From positions 12,851 to 76,850 of the forward strand of contig JAQGDQ010000954.1 in NCBI GenBank assembly GCA_030141605.1: DNA of 64,000 nt, given 5' to 3'. Source of the DNA: Tubiluchus corallicola. Lineage: Eukaryota; Animalia; Priapulida. Under the pieces are notes generated by a model. That model ran no database searches and was not told the origin of the DNA. It was given only the letters and a program-made list of their open reading frames with translations. Numbering within the stretch: position 1 is the first letter of the stretch; every line of letters starts with the position of its first letter. Position numbers and translations under genes: made by a program. Positions 1 to 16,310 of the stretch are shown piece by piece.

Positions 1-2729
<2,729 letters not shown>

Positions 2730-2949
2730 TTATGCAAATTGAAAGGCTTAATTTAAAACCTGTTTTACCCTGATATTTGAACACTGCTACATTATTGCTA
2801 CTATCATAAATAAAAACATAAAATTGTTCAGTATTCGCATATTCTTCAAAAATGATTTGATCAACCTGCTTCGTCAAATTTTTGTCAAAATTCTAGATAA
2901 AAAGAGGCCTACAAATGATCAAGACGTTCAAATCAGACGCTCTGGACGT

Positions 2950-3105
2950 TACTTAGGTAACCAGACTCGACTTAAGTAACTAAACTCGACTTTAGGTAAC
3001 CAGACTCGACTTAAGTAACTAGACTCGACTTTAGGTAACCAGACTCGACTTAAGTAACTAGACTCGACTTTAGGTAACCAGACTCGACTTAGGTAACCAG
3101 ACTGA
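2950..3105. repeat. 19-20-bp alternating (39-bp dimer) minisatellite
   Basis: gacttaggtaaccagactc / gacttaagtaactagactc. Confidence 0.9.
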
Positions 3106-4791
3106 ATCTAAAACTAACGCATTAGAAAATAATATTGTAGTGATAGCTTGTGTCAAACATTTAAACAAATATTCTGATACATTTGTGAAACTAAAAATCA
3201 GAAAATATACTTTGCAACAAGAACTTATGATTGTATTTAAAGTTACAAAGAAGATCCTGACTGTTCTATGGCGGTCCTGTTCATCCCGGAAATCCAGTGT
3301 AGCATAATTAATCCCGGAAATCGAGTGTAGCAGGGTAATTGGTAGCCATTTGACTTGTAATGGAATAATTAAGTTTTTCTGTATTCTTTTCACTTCACTG
3401 TTTTGCACATCCATCTTAATTATAAAGACCCGCTAAGGCCTTCTAAAAACTTTCGTGATTGTATTTCTACTTGGAAAAATTGAAGCCCTTTTAAACATTT
3501 TAATGACTTAAAAACGTATAAAAACTATTTTCTGGGATTATAGAAACGTTTAAGAGTCATAAGTCATTTATTTCACATTACACATTTACAATAGTTTCAT
3601 GTACAATATCTAGTGAAAGGACCTACAATGAACATAATACACATAAGAAATACTGCATAGGAAAAGCCTCAAACACTGTGCACCTATATACACAAATGTA
3701 AATGTGTTGCGGGCAATCAATTTATTGTGTGCACAATCATATCATTTTTCAACGAGAGCTAATTATGCAAACTTTGTGGTAAGATCTTTTGTCAAGACGA
3801 CGAACATCCTTTTTTCTTTTTTTACACTTTGATTCTAACGTAATGTTTACCGACTGTTCTCCACTTGTGATGCGCAGTAAGAAAAGCGCATGCGCTGGTC
3901 TGTTTCTGCCGTCAGAGGCGCAATCGAAGTACCGTGTTGCTTGTAGTTTTTCCCGCGCGATTAAAAAGAAGCTAATCACTCGTTTTGTAATTAGTTACGC
4001 AACAAAATATGTTCGATTTGTTTCCCAGAGACAAGTTTAGTACATTCACTTTGGTGATATTCCCCCCTTTAACTGATATAATTTTCCATTCAAAATGTCG
4101 TCCCGAGTCGAGGCAAGGTCAAATTTTATTAGTAAAACTTTTTATATACTACGTCTATACCATATTGATACGCAGTTTGCATACCATGCCTCGGGACCCT
4201 AGCTGTGGCGGGTCTAAAGCTGCACTACGTCATACTTTGTTGTTGTTTTAATTTTCATTTATTCTTACAAAAACTTTAAGGTACAAACAGAAACAATCCT
4301 CGCTACAGAAATTCTTATACGGGTTCACGCAATTCTGACAGCAATAGCGACGGCCATGTTTGATATTATAAGAAAGTTGAAGAGAAACTTTTGCAACAGG
4401 ACGCCCCATCAAGTCACTAGCTGACATCAATGTACACTTTATTGCTTGAAGGCTTTAAGCTACATTCATTGACAAGCAGTACGTGACTCTGGCACAGGCA
4501 AAGCATTAAATCTGGTTAGTTGCTAGAAACTACAAAGAATTAACGCCTCACACGCTCACAAAAAATGGTTTTTTAACTCCAATTTTTGATCTGTGCTCTA
4601 TAGTTCAAATGTTAATGAAATCTACGCATGCGCAGTCCCTTCAGCGCGAGAACGTTGGGTAAAAACTTGCAAACCCACCCCTCGCATTCGCAAAAATGGG
4701 CAAAACTTGAAAAGAAGGGTCTAGCTGAACACGAGAGAGGTATGTGTCTTACACACAGGTCTGATCAGCGTGGTGAACGGGAGAAGACAAC

Positions 4792-6711
4792 ATGGCAGAG
4801 TTCAAGAAAAAGAGACAAAAGAGGTTGATATTGTTGGTGATCGTGCTGAGTTTAGTGCCAGTTATCATCGTCATTGCGCAGAACATTGTCTGGATGAAAG
4901 AAGCTGGCAAGACGGTTGTGAACATCAACAAACTTCACGAATCTTTCAACTTTACGCTCAAGGTTGCTGACATCATGGACAAGATACAGACAGAAAGACA
5001 TTTGACGCTAATCTATCTGGCCGCTACGAGTTCGCAAGGACGTAATCTGGTGCAGAAAACGTTAGAAAAAGCGTACGAAGCAACCGACCAAGCTTTTGAA
5101 ATCATTAAATTTGATGAGTGGATTCGAGGTTCCGACGCGTTTCGAAGTCAAAATGACCTCAATGCGTACATTCGACAACACCGCACGGACCTCCAACCAA
5201 ATTCTCCCAGAAAAGGGGAACTGAAATTCTACAATGACATCAATGAGAAACTGTCGCATTGGGTTTCCGGTCAGCTCAAACAGGTGTCGCATACATCGAG
5301 CTGGGATACCATCACCTCGTTTATACTGTTAACCGAAGGAAAGGAAAGGACCTCAAGGGCTGACACGCTTGGGACGATTCATTTTATGACCGGTATTTCA
5401 TTCTATTATGATTCCTATTATGACGCTATGCTGTATGCTCCAGAAAAATAGCATAAAATTAACTAATATTACGTTGATGTATAATATAAGTTTTGACCAC
5501 ATTGACATTAAATTTGACTGTGGAGATCTCACTGAGGTTTATAAAAACTGGTCGGAAACGAAAAGATTTCATTTTGTCCTTATTTAAAGTTAATCAAATA
5601 ATTGTTTTTATCTAAACTTGCAAAGCCATAAACTCAACTAAACTGCGTATTTTCTTGATTACAAAATGGTTTAATCAGCAACTCACAGACGTAAGCATTG
5701 TGCATTTCTTCCTATAAACGAAACTAGACTATATATGTCGCATATTGTATCGAGTACGCGATTGTGGTATTATGTGATCAATTTAATTGTCAGTCTACTA
5801 CACTGAAGTACTGATTTAGTCTATGCTGCCATCTACACTCTCTGACAAACTTTGTACAATTAGAGTGTAGATGGCAGCATAGACTAAATCAGCACTTTAG
5901 TGTAGTAGACTGACAATTAAATGGATCACATAATACCACAATCGCGTACTCCGTACAATAAGCGACAATATATTTCCACAAATTCACTTGCATTTTTCGA
6001 TAGACAAGTTGCAGTCTGGGGCTCTCAACCTCGAAGCTTGACGGGCCCTAGACTGTAGCCTATGCTAGCCTATAGGATAATCCACCCCTGGTTGCAAAGC
6101 TTGAGGGGCCCTAGACTGCAGCCTATACTAGCCTATAGGATAATTTGGCCCTGGTTGTTCGTCTGTGCACCCCTTTCAACCAGATGTTAGTAGAATTAAT
6201 TATTGATTTTTGCGTTTTAGGATCGCTTAATGATGAAAACCACAAGAACTTCGTAAAAGCGAGTACTTTAGGCAAATTCTTTCTTCAAAACATCTTTCCC
6301 GCCTCTCCAGACACGGAAGGCGCCTATCGAGACTACACGTTATCCAAAGACTACAGACAGAAGACCAAGTTGGACGCAGAAGTTCTAAACCAGAATCCGG
6401 TGGAAAACATGGCAGACAAGGTAAAAGAATGGAATCGCCTCCAAAAACCATACGCCAAGTTGCTGCGGGAAATGTCTAACAACCTGCAGGACAAATTCGA
6501 ACAGGATCTACGAGCAGAGAAACATGAGCAGTCAAGAGTCATTGGAGCAGGCGTGGCCGTACTCATCATCTCCCTCCTATGTTGGTTTATTGTGGTTATC
6601 TTGGTGAGAGCGTACGAATATGTGGCAATCAAGGCAGAGATGAAGTTGATGATGAGATCAGCAACTGCCAAAATGCTCACCATGGCAGGCATGGCGGCCA
6701 GTATAAAATGA
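4792..6711 (+). CDS. Two-TM membrane protein with an extracellular NIT (nitrate/nitrite-sensing) domain and no guanylyl cyclase domain, ~363 aa
   Basis: Exons 4792-5392 and 6221-6711 join in phase 1 (ACC G|gtattt...ttttag|GA TCG). An in-frame upstream TGA at 4762 and the context ACAACATGG support the start. Architecture: KKKRQKR, TM1, NIT-like motifs (DKIQTERHLTLIYL, YEATDQA, FYNDINEKL, LTEGKE...LG), TM2 (VIGAGVAVLIISLLCWFIVVILV), then a 34-aa tail and stop. Confidence 0.8.
5736..5967. mobile_element. Palindromic (fold-back) MITE in the NIT gene intron
   Basis: Arms of ~105 bp (tgtcgcatattgta...gctgccatctacactct / agagtgtagatggcagc...tacaataagcgaca) with few mismatches, a ~20-nt loop, and TA-rich flanks. 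Confidence 0.75.
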
Positions 6712-7329
6712 GAAAGTTTTTGCAAAACGCCAAAAGATGGCGCGCTGTCTGTTATTAGAAACAATTGTGTGTGATGTCGTCTAATCACAAAAGTCTGCTA
6801 ACCTTGAAAACAGTTTAAAGGGAAACTCAACGATTTATTAGAGACTCAATCTCATTTTAATTTCCTGTGCAAAATATACATTTTCTTGCCTATAAAAGTT
6901 AACATATACTTGAATAATGAGCTTAGAACGTTAATTAACGGCAACCGAGCACAGCTATTGCTTACGTCAGAAACTAACCACAGTTTGTGCAATGGCAGGT
7001 ATCTCCCTTGCGCGTCAAGCACGATTGCGTAAGTGTTACAGTACTGCTTAAACGCGTGATGTCACGAAAATGGGCTATGCGTCATATGACGTCAGAAACT
7101 AACACGGCAGTTCATAATCATGGTTATCACGGTACCGCCTTCTATTTGTCGGCCACGCGCATGTCACAAAAAGGCATCGTTGCCAATCTTAGTAGATTTA
7201 CTTACCCGCGCGTAACTTTGAAAGTTTAATAAAATTGAAGTGCATTCTTTATTCTGAACTCGTGTTTACACAATCATCCTTTAAGTGGCGCTCGTCACAT
7301 TCATTGAAATCTCAAAATTTGCATTTAAA

Positions 7330-7366
<37 letters not shown>

Positions 7367-7609
7367 TTCCTTTCTCGTTTTAAACTTTTTGTCAATCGAA
7401 TAAAAAAACTTTAAAATACTGAATGGAATATTCCTTCATTGAATATTTTCTGCCAAGTATTTAAAAATATTAGTAGTATTACAATCATCAATAATTATTG
7501 AGTCCATTCATTATCGCTCAACTTTATGAATAATGAGTAAATAAGACTGCAACAGCCTTGTAAGAACAGCCAAATTACACCATTTCTCTATGTTGATTTT
7601 TAGCAGTTC

Positions 7610-7930
7610 TGCGTGTGTGTGCGTGTGCGTGTATGCGTGTGTTCACGTGTATGTGTTTGCGTGTGCATTGCATGTGTGTGTGCATGTGTGTCTGCGCACA
7701 TGTGTGAGGGTGTGTGCGTGTGTTCACAGGTGTGTGTATGTGTGTGTTTGCGTGTGCATTGCATGTGTGCGCGCATGTGTGTCTGTGCACATGTGTGAGG
7801 GTGTGTGCGCGTGTTCACGGGTGTGTGTATGTGTGTGTTTGCGTGTGCATTGCTTGTGTGCGTGCATGTGTGTCTGTTCACATGTGCGAGGGTGCGTGCG
7901 TGCGTGTGAGGGTGTGCGCGTGCGTGTGGA
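7610..7930. repeat. GT-rich compound minisatellite
   Basis: Degenerate (GT)n with a higher-order unit of ~90 bp; explains the six overlapping Cys/Val/His ORFs. Confidence 0.9.
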
Positions 7931-8655
7931 TGAAGTGTCCATACGTAGACTGCACACGTCCCCGCCCACATTTTAACCTTTACTTCTTCATTCCATATTG
8001 AAAAAAACAAAAAACAAAATTGCGATTAACAAAAGTTTCGTGTTTTTGTGATTTAATTTCCACTCGAAACACCGATTTCTAGCCAACCAATAATTTCAAT
8101 TCAATTCAAAATCATCTTTTATTTCTGCATTGAAAATGCCTGACAACACACTAAGCATGATCATTACGTAAACACAGACAAACACAACATACTAACACTC
8201 TATTAACTACATGTAACAAAGAAAAAATAATTAAAAGCCACCGAAACAAAACAAGAAAAACAACAAACAAAAATTGATGGTTGCTATCAAAGCATTGCAA
8301 CCCTGGTATAAGCATAAAATGTGGATGGAAGAAATAAAGAAATAAATCTATACATATACATGTATATATACACACATATAGATATATACTATTGTTCTAT
8401 ATACCAATATACCACCAAATATATATCATATACATATGTATATATATTAGATTTATTTCTTCCATCCACATTTTATATATATATATATATATGTGTGTGT
8501 ATATGTATATTATTTATTTATTACCTTTATTTATTTTGAGTGGATTTACAACACAGTGACATCTATTACTGATCACAGTAGTGCAGTAATATTTAAAGGA
8601 CAAGAAAAGAGGTACCTGAAGTAGGTTTCAGAAAAATCGTCTTAAAAAATTATAT

Positions 8656-8941
8656 TACTTTATAGCATTTTTATGTGCATATCGTACTCGTCTTGAAAGG
8701 AATTTTTGTTTGTTTTAATTTTAAATTTCCCGCCACACACTGTTCCGACTGCACCATTACATGAGGTCACGTAAATCAGGGGAAGAAAAGGAAATGTTAA
8801 ACTATGTCCCAAAAAACTTTAGATGCAAAGTTATATTATTTAGCAGTTCGTTTACCTGCTAGAAAGACTTACGTAACTAGAAATAATATTTTAAAATGTT
8901 CGTAGACGAGTACGATATATGCATAGAATTGCTATAAAGTA
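8656..8941. mobile_element. MITE-like element with ~38-bp inverted ends
   Basis: tactttatagcatttttatgtgcatatcgtactcgtct pairs with agacgagtacgatatatgcatagaattgctataaagta. Confidence 0.55.
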
Positions 8942-10729
8942 TCTTCGGTACATTTGTAGCCTGTTTTCCATTAGAATACAAATTTAGACACTGGTGTTTG
9001 ACTTTGTGAGAAATTACATTGGGCCCTGTTGTTAAAGTTAACAGGTTAAAAGCAATTATCTACCAAAGCCCAAGTCAGCAGGTTGTATACTTTTAATTTC
9101 AGAGTTCCCTGGTTTTAGAAAGCATTACCGACGCATGCGCACGCGCTTCACAAAAATATCACCCTTTCTGACTCTGACATTTAAGTTTATAAGCCAGTAA
9201 ATAGGCCGTCGGTAATTAAATTAGCTCACTGTGCTTTTTCTTTTGGGACTGCCATAAATATTTCAACGTTTCTGTTCTTTGAAAGGCAACCGTATTTCAT
9301 GCATAAAAATTTATTGCTTAAAGCGAAGCCTGGCGTAATCTCGTGATAATAGATTTCCATGTTTTTCAACTTGTGAGGAACAAAAGGTACTGTTTTGTAT
9401 TTTCAGTTTGTCCTTTTGTATCATTAATATAGTACTAGCAAAAGCCCCGCAAAAATTTTGCTTATAAATACACTTATAATCAACAATGCGCGAACGTTCT
9501 ATCTAGTGTTTGTCTGTTTATCTAACGCAAGCAGCTTTTACTGAATTAAAGTTATAAGCAGAGTATAATGGATGACGTCAGAACAATGGAATGCGTCAGC
9601 AGTTTTCCAAACGAAAATTGCCAAAAATAGAACATCTAATTAACTCGTCGGTACTCCTCTTGCTGGACCTGCCCTAAAATATAGCCCACATCATCGTGTA
9701 GCCCTGTTCTTCCTCTTTCTAAAAAGCCGCATATCTCCTTTCGAGAGTCCCACCAGGCGCCGCTAGAACGTTTTTTCTGCAGGCTGTTTGGTCAAATTTT
9801 CGAAAAAATCGGGAGTTAGGTCCGGGGAAACGCCCGTTGCGGGACGCCGTGGCCCTCTCGCGAATTCTAAATACGCCTATGACACCCACAGATATATTAT
9901 TTATTCTTCTTTTTGGCTTCATTTATAGTTTGATGATGGCTTCAGTAGCCGAAACTATGTTTCTTTCGTGTCTTAAATATTGCTGTGTTTGGATGCTAAT
10001 AAGTTTTTACACTTGTCGTTTCAATGTATCAGTTTACTGGTTTTTTTGCACAGTGTTTTGAGTGGATACAATCTTGTTTTAATATTGTTGTCCAAAACAT
10101 TTGCAAAAACACTAGAAACTGATACGGATAGTTCGTGCAAACAAGCCAGCCAATAAAAAGAACCAGAAAATTTGAGGGTTTATGACCTTGTCGTTTTTGT
10201 TTTGCTGACGTCAACTGAATATTGGCCAATCAAAATGCAGCATTTCACACACCTCCTTACATCTGACGTTGGTTTCTGTGCTGATTTCTATTTCAGAACG
10301 GGGTGACGAGTTGCAGTTCAACACAAATAGAAAGGAGTGCTCGTAGATGGACGCCAGAAACTACACCCAACTTGGTTCAGCTCTGCAAAAGTTTGCATTT
10401 TTGACAGAAAATAAGCAGCAGATCACGCAAGCAAAGCAGCCATGTTTGACGCTTCGTTTACCAGGCCTTGCTAATAGGAAGTCTGTCAAACTTCACATTA
10501 GAAGCCAGTTTTCGTCTGGTAGCAGAGAAAAGCAACAGCTGTTCGAATATGAAGACAGAGTGGACTTCACCTAAAAAGGTATGTGAAAGGTGTATCCATT
10601 AATTTTATTTAATGTGAATGCAAATTTTGCCCTTTATTTTTCTTTTAACGATTTAATGAAAGTATTGAAACCTCTTAAATTAACAAAAATGAACTAAACG
10701 GCTGCAGCGATGATTTAAAAGGGTAAATA

Positions 10730-11970
10730 CAGGGTGTCTCTGAAGTAACTACACACTTTGCATTTTTTATGTTTTAACAAACAAAACAAAATGTTTTAAA
10801 ATTGGTAAAGATGAACTAAAACCTTAGACAATTCATGTAGTTAAAATAGTCAAGTTGCTTAGCCAAACTATCCAAGTTGCATAGCTAAAATAGTTAAGTT
10901 ACATAGCCAAAATAGTCAAGTTGCATAGCCAAAATAGAAGTTACATAGCCAAGATAGTCAAGTTGCTTAGCCAAAATAGCCAAGTTGCGTAGTCAAAATA
11001 GTCAAATTACATAGCCAAAATAGGCAAGTTGCATAGCTAAAATAGCCAAGTTGCATAGCCAAAATAGTTAAGTTACATAGCCAAAATAGTCAAGTTACAT
11101 AGCCAAAATAGTCAAGTTACATAGCCAAAATAGTTAAGTTACATAGCCAAAATAGTCAAATTACATAGCCAAAATAGTCAATTACATAGCCAAAATAGTC
11201 AAGTTGCATAGCCAAAATAGAAGTTACATAGCCAAGATAGTCAAGTTGCTTAGCCAAAATAGCCAAGTTGCGTAGCCAAAATAGTCAAGTTACATAGCCA
11301 AGATAGTCAAGTTGCTTAGCTAAAATAGCCAAATTGCATAGCCAAAATAGTCAAGTTGCGTAGCCAAAATAGTCAAGTTGCATAGCCAAACTAGTCAAGT
11401 TGCATAGCCAAGATAGTCAAGTTGCTAAGCTAAAATAGTCAATTTGCATAGTCAAAATAGCCAAGTTGCGTAGCCAAAATAGTCAAGTTGCATAGCCAAA
11501 ATAGTCAAGTTGCATAGTCAAAATGGTCAAGTGAGAGAAAAATCTGGAAAGAACAGCTGCACTAATAGGATGTGCTATTTTCACTACCATTTTTGGGGAC
11601 CTCAAGACCTTTAGAGACCAGTCCAACAGTAAATGTGGTACCTTGCATTGAGATAAGTCTCTCACAGCCAATGAGTGGTGAGAAATGGCTGCACAGTGTT
11701 GAAAAACTGCATTGTTAAATGTGAGAGAACAATGTGGTCCATGTGGTGCTCTGAATTTCCACTGAACGTCAGCTGGTGATTAAGCAACATTTTGCCAGGC
11801 TGATTTTGCATCTCATTTCTGACGTTACTGTCATCACCATAGCAACGGGTTCCAGTCAACAAATAAATAAAAATAATTGCCAAAAGCCCTCTTGAATCAT
11901 GTAAAAGCTTGTCGAGATCGGAGAAAAAAGCTTAAAACGAAAAATGTATGACAACTTTTGAGACACCCTG
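10730..11970. mobile_element. Tc1/mariner-type MITE with an internal 22-bp tandem array
   Basis: TA|CAGGGTGTCTC...GAGACACCCTG|TA. Confidence 0.75.
10838..11532. repeat. 22-bp tandem array inside a MITE
   Basis: Unit tagccaaaatagtcaagttgca, ~31 copies. Confidence 0.95.
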
Positions 11971-14029
11971 TATTAAAATTTTACCTCTCTCGCTATTTAT
12001 TTTATTTGTGTTAATTTTCATGCAAATTTCATAACTATAAGGAATATTTTGCTAGTTTATTGCAAAGCCAAGCAAATTAACTCTTGGGGGCACTTTAAAT
12101 GTAATAGCAAGGATGGCAAAACAATGACAATTATTGTGTGTGAACGTACCCTTAGACATTAGTTAGTTCTATGACCTGTCAAACATTTATAATTATAATT
12201 ATTATACATTTACCATTTTTATAATTTATATTATCGTTTACAGGAAAGACCACTGACGTCACTCAGTGGTGGAACCATAAAAAAGGGGAGGTTTAAAACG
12301 AAATGCTTGGTAAAGGTTAAACGGCTGCGCTAGGAAGATTTTTACTGGAGTTCATTTTGACGCCTTGAATTAGTTACAGTCAATCAAGTGGCGTCACCTT
12401 GTGAGGAAATCGATGAACTCTGTCACGTTGGTTTGTTACTGTCTTTGGCAGATATGACAGCATTTGATTTTCTAAAATATACAAGGAAAATGAATGATTA
12501 ATTGTTGTACTTCAGCTCTCGCTCTCTCGCTCTGTCTCTCTCTCTCTCGCTGTGTCTCTCTTTCTCTCTCCTCTGTCTCACACACACTCCCACTCTCTCT
12601 CGCCTTTTCTCTCCCCCTCTGTCATAATAAATCAATGCGAATTTTTTTCAAATATCAGTTCGATCACAGTCCCAGGGACATTTCTGTGACGCATAAATTA
12701 GTGTACTTTGATGTTATTTACAGGAAAAGCATTTACAGCCTGAATACTAGAATTTCAAACAGTGAAAGCTTGTTATGTAGAACGATATTCGGTAGTGATA
12801 CTTTATTTACTTCCAGTATATGAAAGATTTGGAGAAGGATATTGTATGCTTAATTTTTACATTGTTGATGTTCAATGAATCCAATGCGAAATGTTATTAT
12901 TATTATTATTATTTGCACTGTTGTTTACTTTGTGTGCTTGTGTGTTTATTTACCTGTATTTTCGTTGTATATATTTTTAATGTTGTACTAATATGATGTG
13001 AATGAAAGTTTGAAATAAAGAAGTAAATTAAATAAATCAAGTCAAATCTCTCTCTCTCCCTCTCGCCCTCCCCCTCTCTGTACAGTACTGTGACGTTATC
13101 TATACTTGCAAAGTTGTAAATAAATGTAAAAATAACTATATAATTAATAAATATTTATGTTTTTACTAAAAAACATCGACTTACTGTATCAATGAGTTAA
13201 GTTTTTTATTTTTAAAATCGTTTGTGTAATGATGTTCACCAACCCGTGACTATACTTAAAATATCATTTTTATCATTTTCTTTTAAAATGTGTAAATTTA
13301 ATGTTGTAAATTTAGTTTAAATACCAATTAATTATTTTATGTGTTAAACCGTATTTATATCGGTATATATTGTAATTTTTTTCGTAACTAATTCTAGTGG
13401 CCTAGCATAAGCTAGCTTCTTAGGTCTCTAGCGTAGAATTCATGAATTGTATCATATTTTTGTATTAACAAAAACTGATTATCGGTGCACATGTAATGTA
13501 GTGTATATGTTTATTGCGAAATAAATCTATTAAATCTAAAATCTAATCTTAAATCTAAAACAGAAGCCCACGGTTTTAACATCAATGGTTCTGTAAAGTA
13601 AAACTGCTGTATCGAAGTGATGGAAATCGATTATCGTTTTATCGGGGGAAGATCGATTTTTTCCTTGACTTTCGAATCGATACAAAACAAAATCAATTTT
13701 TTAAATCTATTATCAGATCGATAAAATAAATGATTATCACCACAAAAATCGGTGAAATCGGAGCATCGATATCGATTTTGGCGATTTGTGTGCCCTACCA
13801 ATAATAAACATTGAGAATAATAGTTTATATTATAGTGTTATTAACTTCAATAGTTGATAGCATTAATTACATAAAATTATAGTACCAAAACTAATGTGTT
13901 AATAGCAAAATGTACCCCTTTTTCATGCGCAAAAATCCACAATACTTTCATGAGCTCAAACCTTTCATTTACACACTCATAAGGTCACCATTTAAATATA
14001 TAAACTAATTTAAAGACAACGTGTGTTTT

Positions 14030-16310
14030 AGAAATTAAAATCGTATCACAATTTTTTTGTAAATTGCTTATCGAAATTAAAATCGTATCACAATTTTTTT
14101 GTAAATTGCTTATCGAAATCAAAATCGTATCACAATTTTGTAAATTGCTTATCGAAATCAAAATCGTATCACAATTTTGTAAATTGCTTATCGAAATCAA
14201 AATCGTACCACAATTTTTTGTAAATTGCTTATCGAAATCAAAATCGTATCACAATTTTGTAAATTGCTTATCGAAATCGAAATCGTACCACGATTTTTTG
14301 TAAATTGCTTATCGAAATCAAAATCGTACCACAATTTTTTGTAAATTGCTTATCGAAATCAAAATCCTATCGATTTTTTTGTAAATTGCTTATCGAAATC
14401 AAAATCGTATCACAATTTTGTAAATTGCTTATCGAAATCAAAATCGTACCACAATTTTTTGTAAATTGCTTATCGAAATCAAAATCGTATCACAATTTTG
14501 TAAATTGCTTATCCAAATCGAAATCGTACCACGATTTTTCGTAAATTGCTTATCGAAATCAAAATCGTACCACAATTTTTTGTAAATTGCTTATCGAAAT
14601 CAAAATCGTACCACAATTTTTTGTAAATTGCTTATCGAAATTAAAATCGTATCACAATTTTGTAAATTGCTTATCGAAATCAAAATCGTATCACAATTTT
14701 GTAAATTGCTTATCGAAATCAAAATCGTATCACAATTTTGTAAATTGCTTATCGAAATCAAAATCGTACCACAATTTTTTGTAAATTGCTTATCGAAATC
14801 AAAATCGTACCACAATTTTTTGTAAATTGCTTATCGAAATCAAAATCGTATCACAATTTTGTAAATTGCTTATCGAAATCAAAATCGTACCACAATTTTT
14901 TGTAAATTGCTTATCGAAATCAAAATCGTACCACAATTTTTTGTAAATTGCTTATCGAAATCAAAATCGTACCACAATTTTTTGTAAATTGCTTATCGAA
15001 ATCAAAATCGTATCACAATTTTGTAAATTGCTTATCGAAATCAAAATCGTACCACAATTTTTTGTAAATTGCTTATCGAAATCAAAATCGTACTACAATT
15101 TTTTGTAAATTGCTTATCGAAATCAATATCGTATCACATTTTTTTGTAAATTGCTTATCGAAATCAAAATCGTACCACAATTTTTTGTAAATTGCTTATC
15201 GAAATCAAAATCGTATCACAATTTTGTAAATTGCTTATGGAAATCAAAATCCTATCGAATTTTTTGCAAATTGCTTATCGAAACCAAAATCGTATCACAT
15301 TTTGTTGTAAATTGCTTATCGAAATCAAAATCGTATCACAATTTTGTAAATTGCTTATCGAAATCAAAATCGTATCACAATTTTGTAAATTGCTTATCGA
15401 AATCAAAATCGCATCACAATTTTGTAAATTGCTTATCGAAATCAAAATCGTATCACAATTTTGTAAATTGCTTATCGAAATCAAAATCGTATCACAATTT
15501 TGTAAATTGCTTATCGAAATTAAAATCGCATCACAATTTTGTAAATTGCTTATCGAAATCAAAATCGTATCACAATTTTGTAAATTGCTTATCGAAATCA
15601 AAATCGTACCACAATTTTTTGTAAATTGCTTATCGAAATCAAAATCGTATCACAATTTTGTAAATTGCTTATCGAAATCAAAATCGTATCACAATTTTGT
15701 AAATTGCTTATCGAAATCAAAATCGTACCACAATTTTGTAAATTGCTTATCGAAATCAAAATCGTATCACAATTTTTTGTAAATTGCTTATCGAAATCAA
15801 AATCGTATCACAATTTTGTAAATTGCTTATCGAAATCAAAATCGTATCACAATTTTGTAAATTGCTTATCGAAATCAAAATCGTATCACAATTTTGTAAA
15901 TTGCTTATCGAAATTATTGCTTATCGAAATCAAAATCGTATCACAATTTTGTAAATTGCTTATCGAAATCAAAATCGTACCACAATTTTTTGTAAATTGC
16001 TTATCGAAATCAAAATCGCATCACAATTTTGTAAATTGCTTATCGAAATTAAAATCGCATCACAATTTTGTAAATTGCTTATCGAAAACGAAATCGTACC
16101 ACGATTTTTTGTAAATTGCTTATCGAAATCAAAATCGTACCACAATTTTTTGTAAATTGCTTATCGAAATCAAAATCGCATCACAATTTTGTAAATTGCT
16201 TATCGAAATCAAAATCGTATCACAATTTTGTAAATTGCTTATCGAAATCAAAATCGTATCACAATTTTGTAAATTGCTTATCGAAATCAAAATCGCATCA
16301 CAATTTTTCT
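14030..16310 (+). repeat. 39/41-bp satellite, ~57 copies
   Basis: Unit gtaaattgcttatcgaaatcaaaatcgtatcacaatttt(tt). Confidence 0.97.

Noticed and set aside
3886-3895. NRF1-like palindrome GCGCATGCGC upstream of the NIT gene
   Set aside because: A single short motif with no transcription-start evidence; similar words occur at 4625 and 9132.
6815-7284. Kolobok-like element (TTAA|AGG...CCT|TTAA)
   Set aside because: The terminal match is only 3 bp beyond TTAA, too weak to call.
9925-9965. Penelope-type minimal hammerhead-like motif (TTGATGA-TGGCT..AGCC-GAAAC)
   Set aside because: The core C of CUGAUGA is missing and no stem I pairing is visible; at best a dead remnant.
10298-10578. Exon-like segment or 75-aa ORF as a possible cyclase continuation of the NIT gene
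   Set aside because: No cyclase or other recognisable motifs, and stops interrupt the frames.
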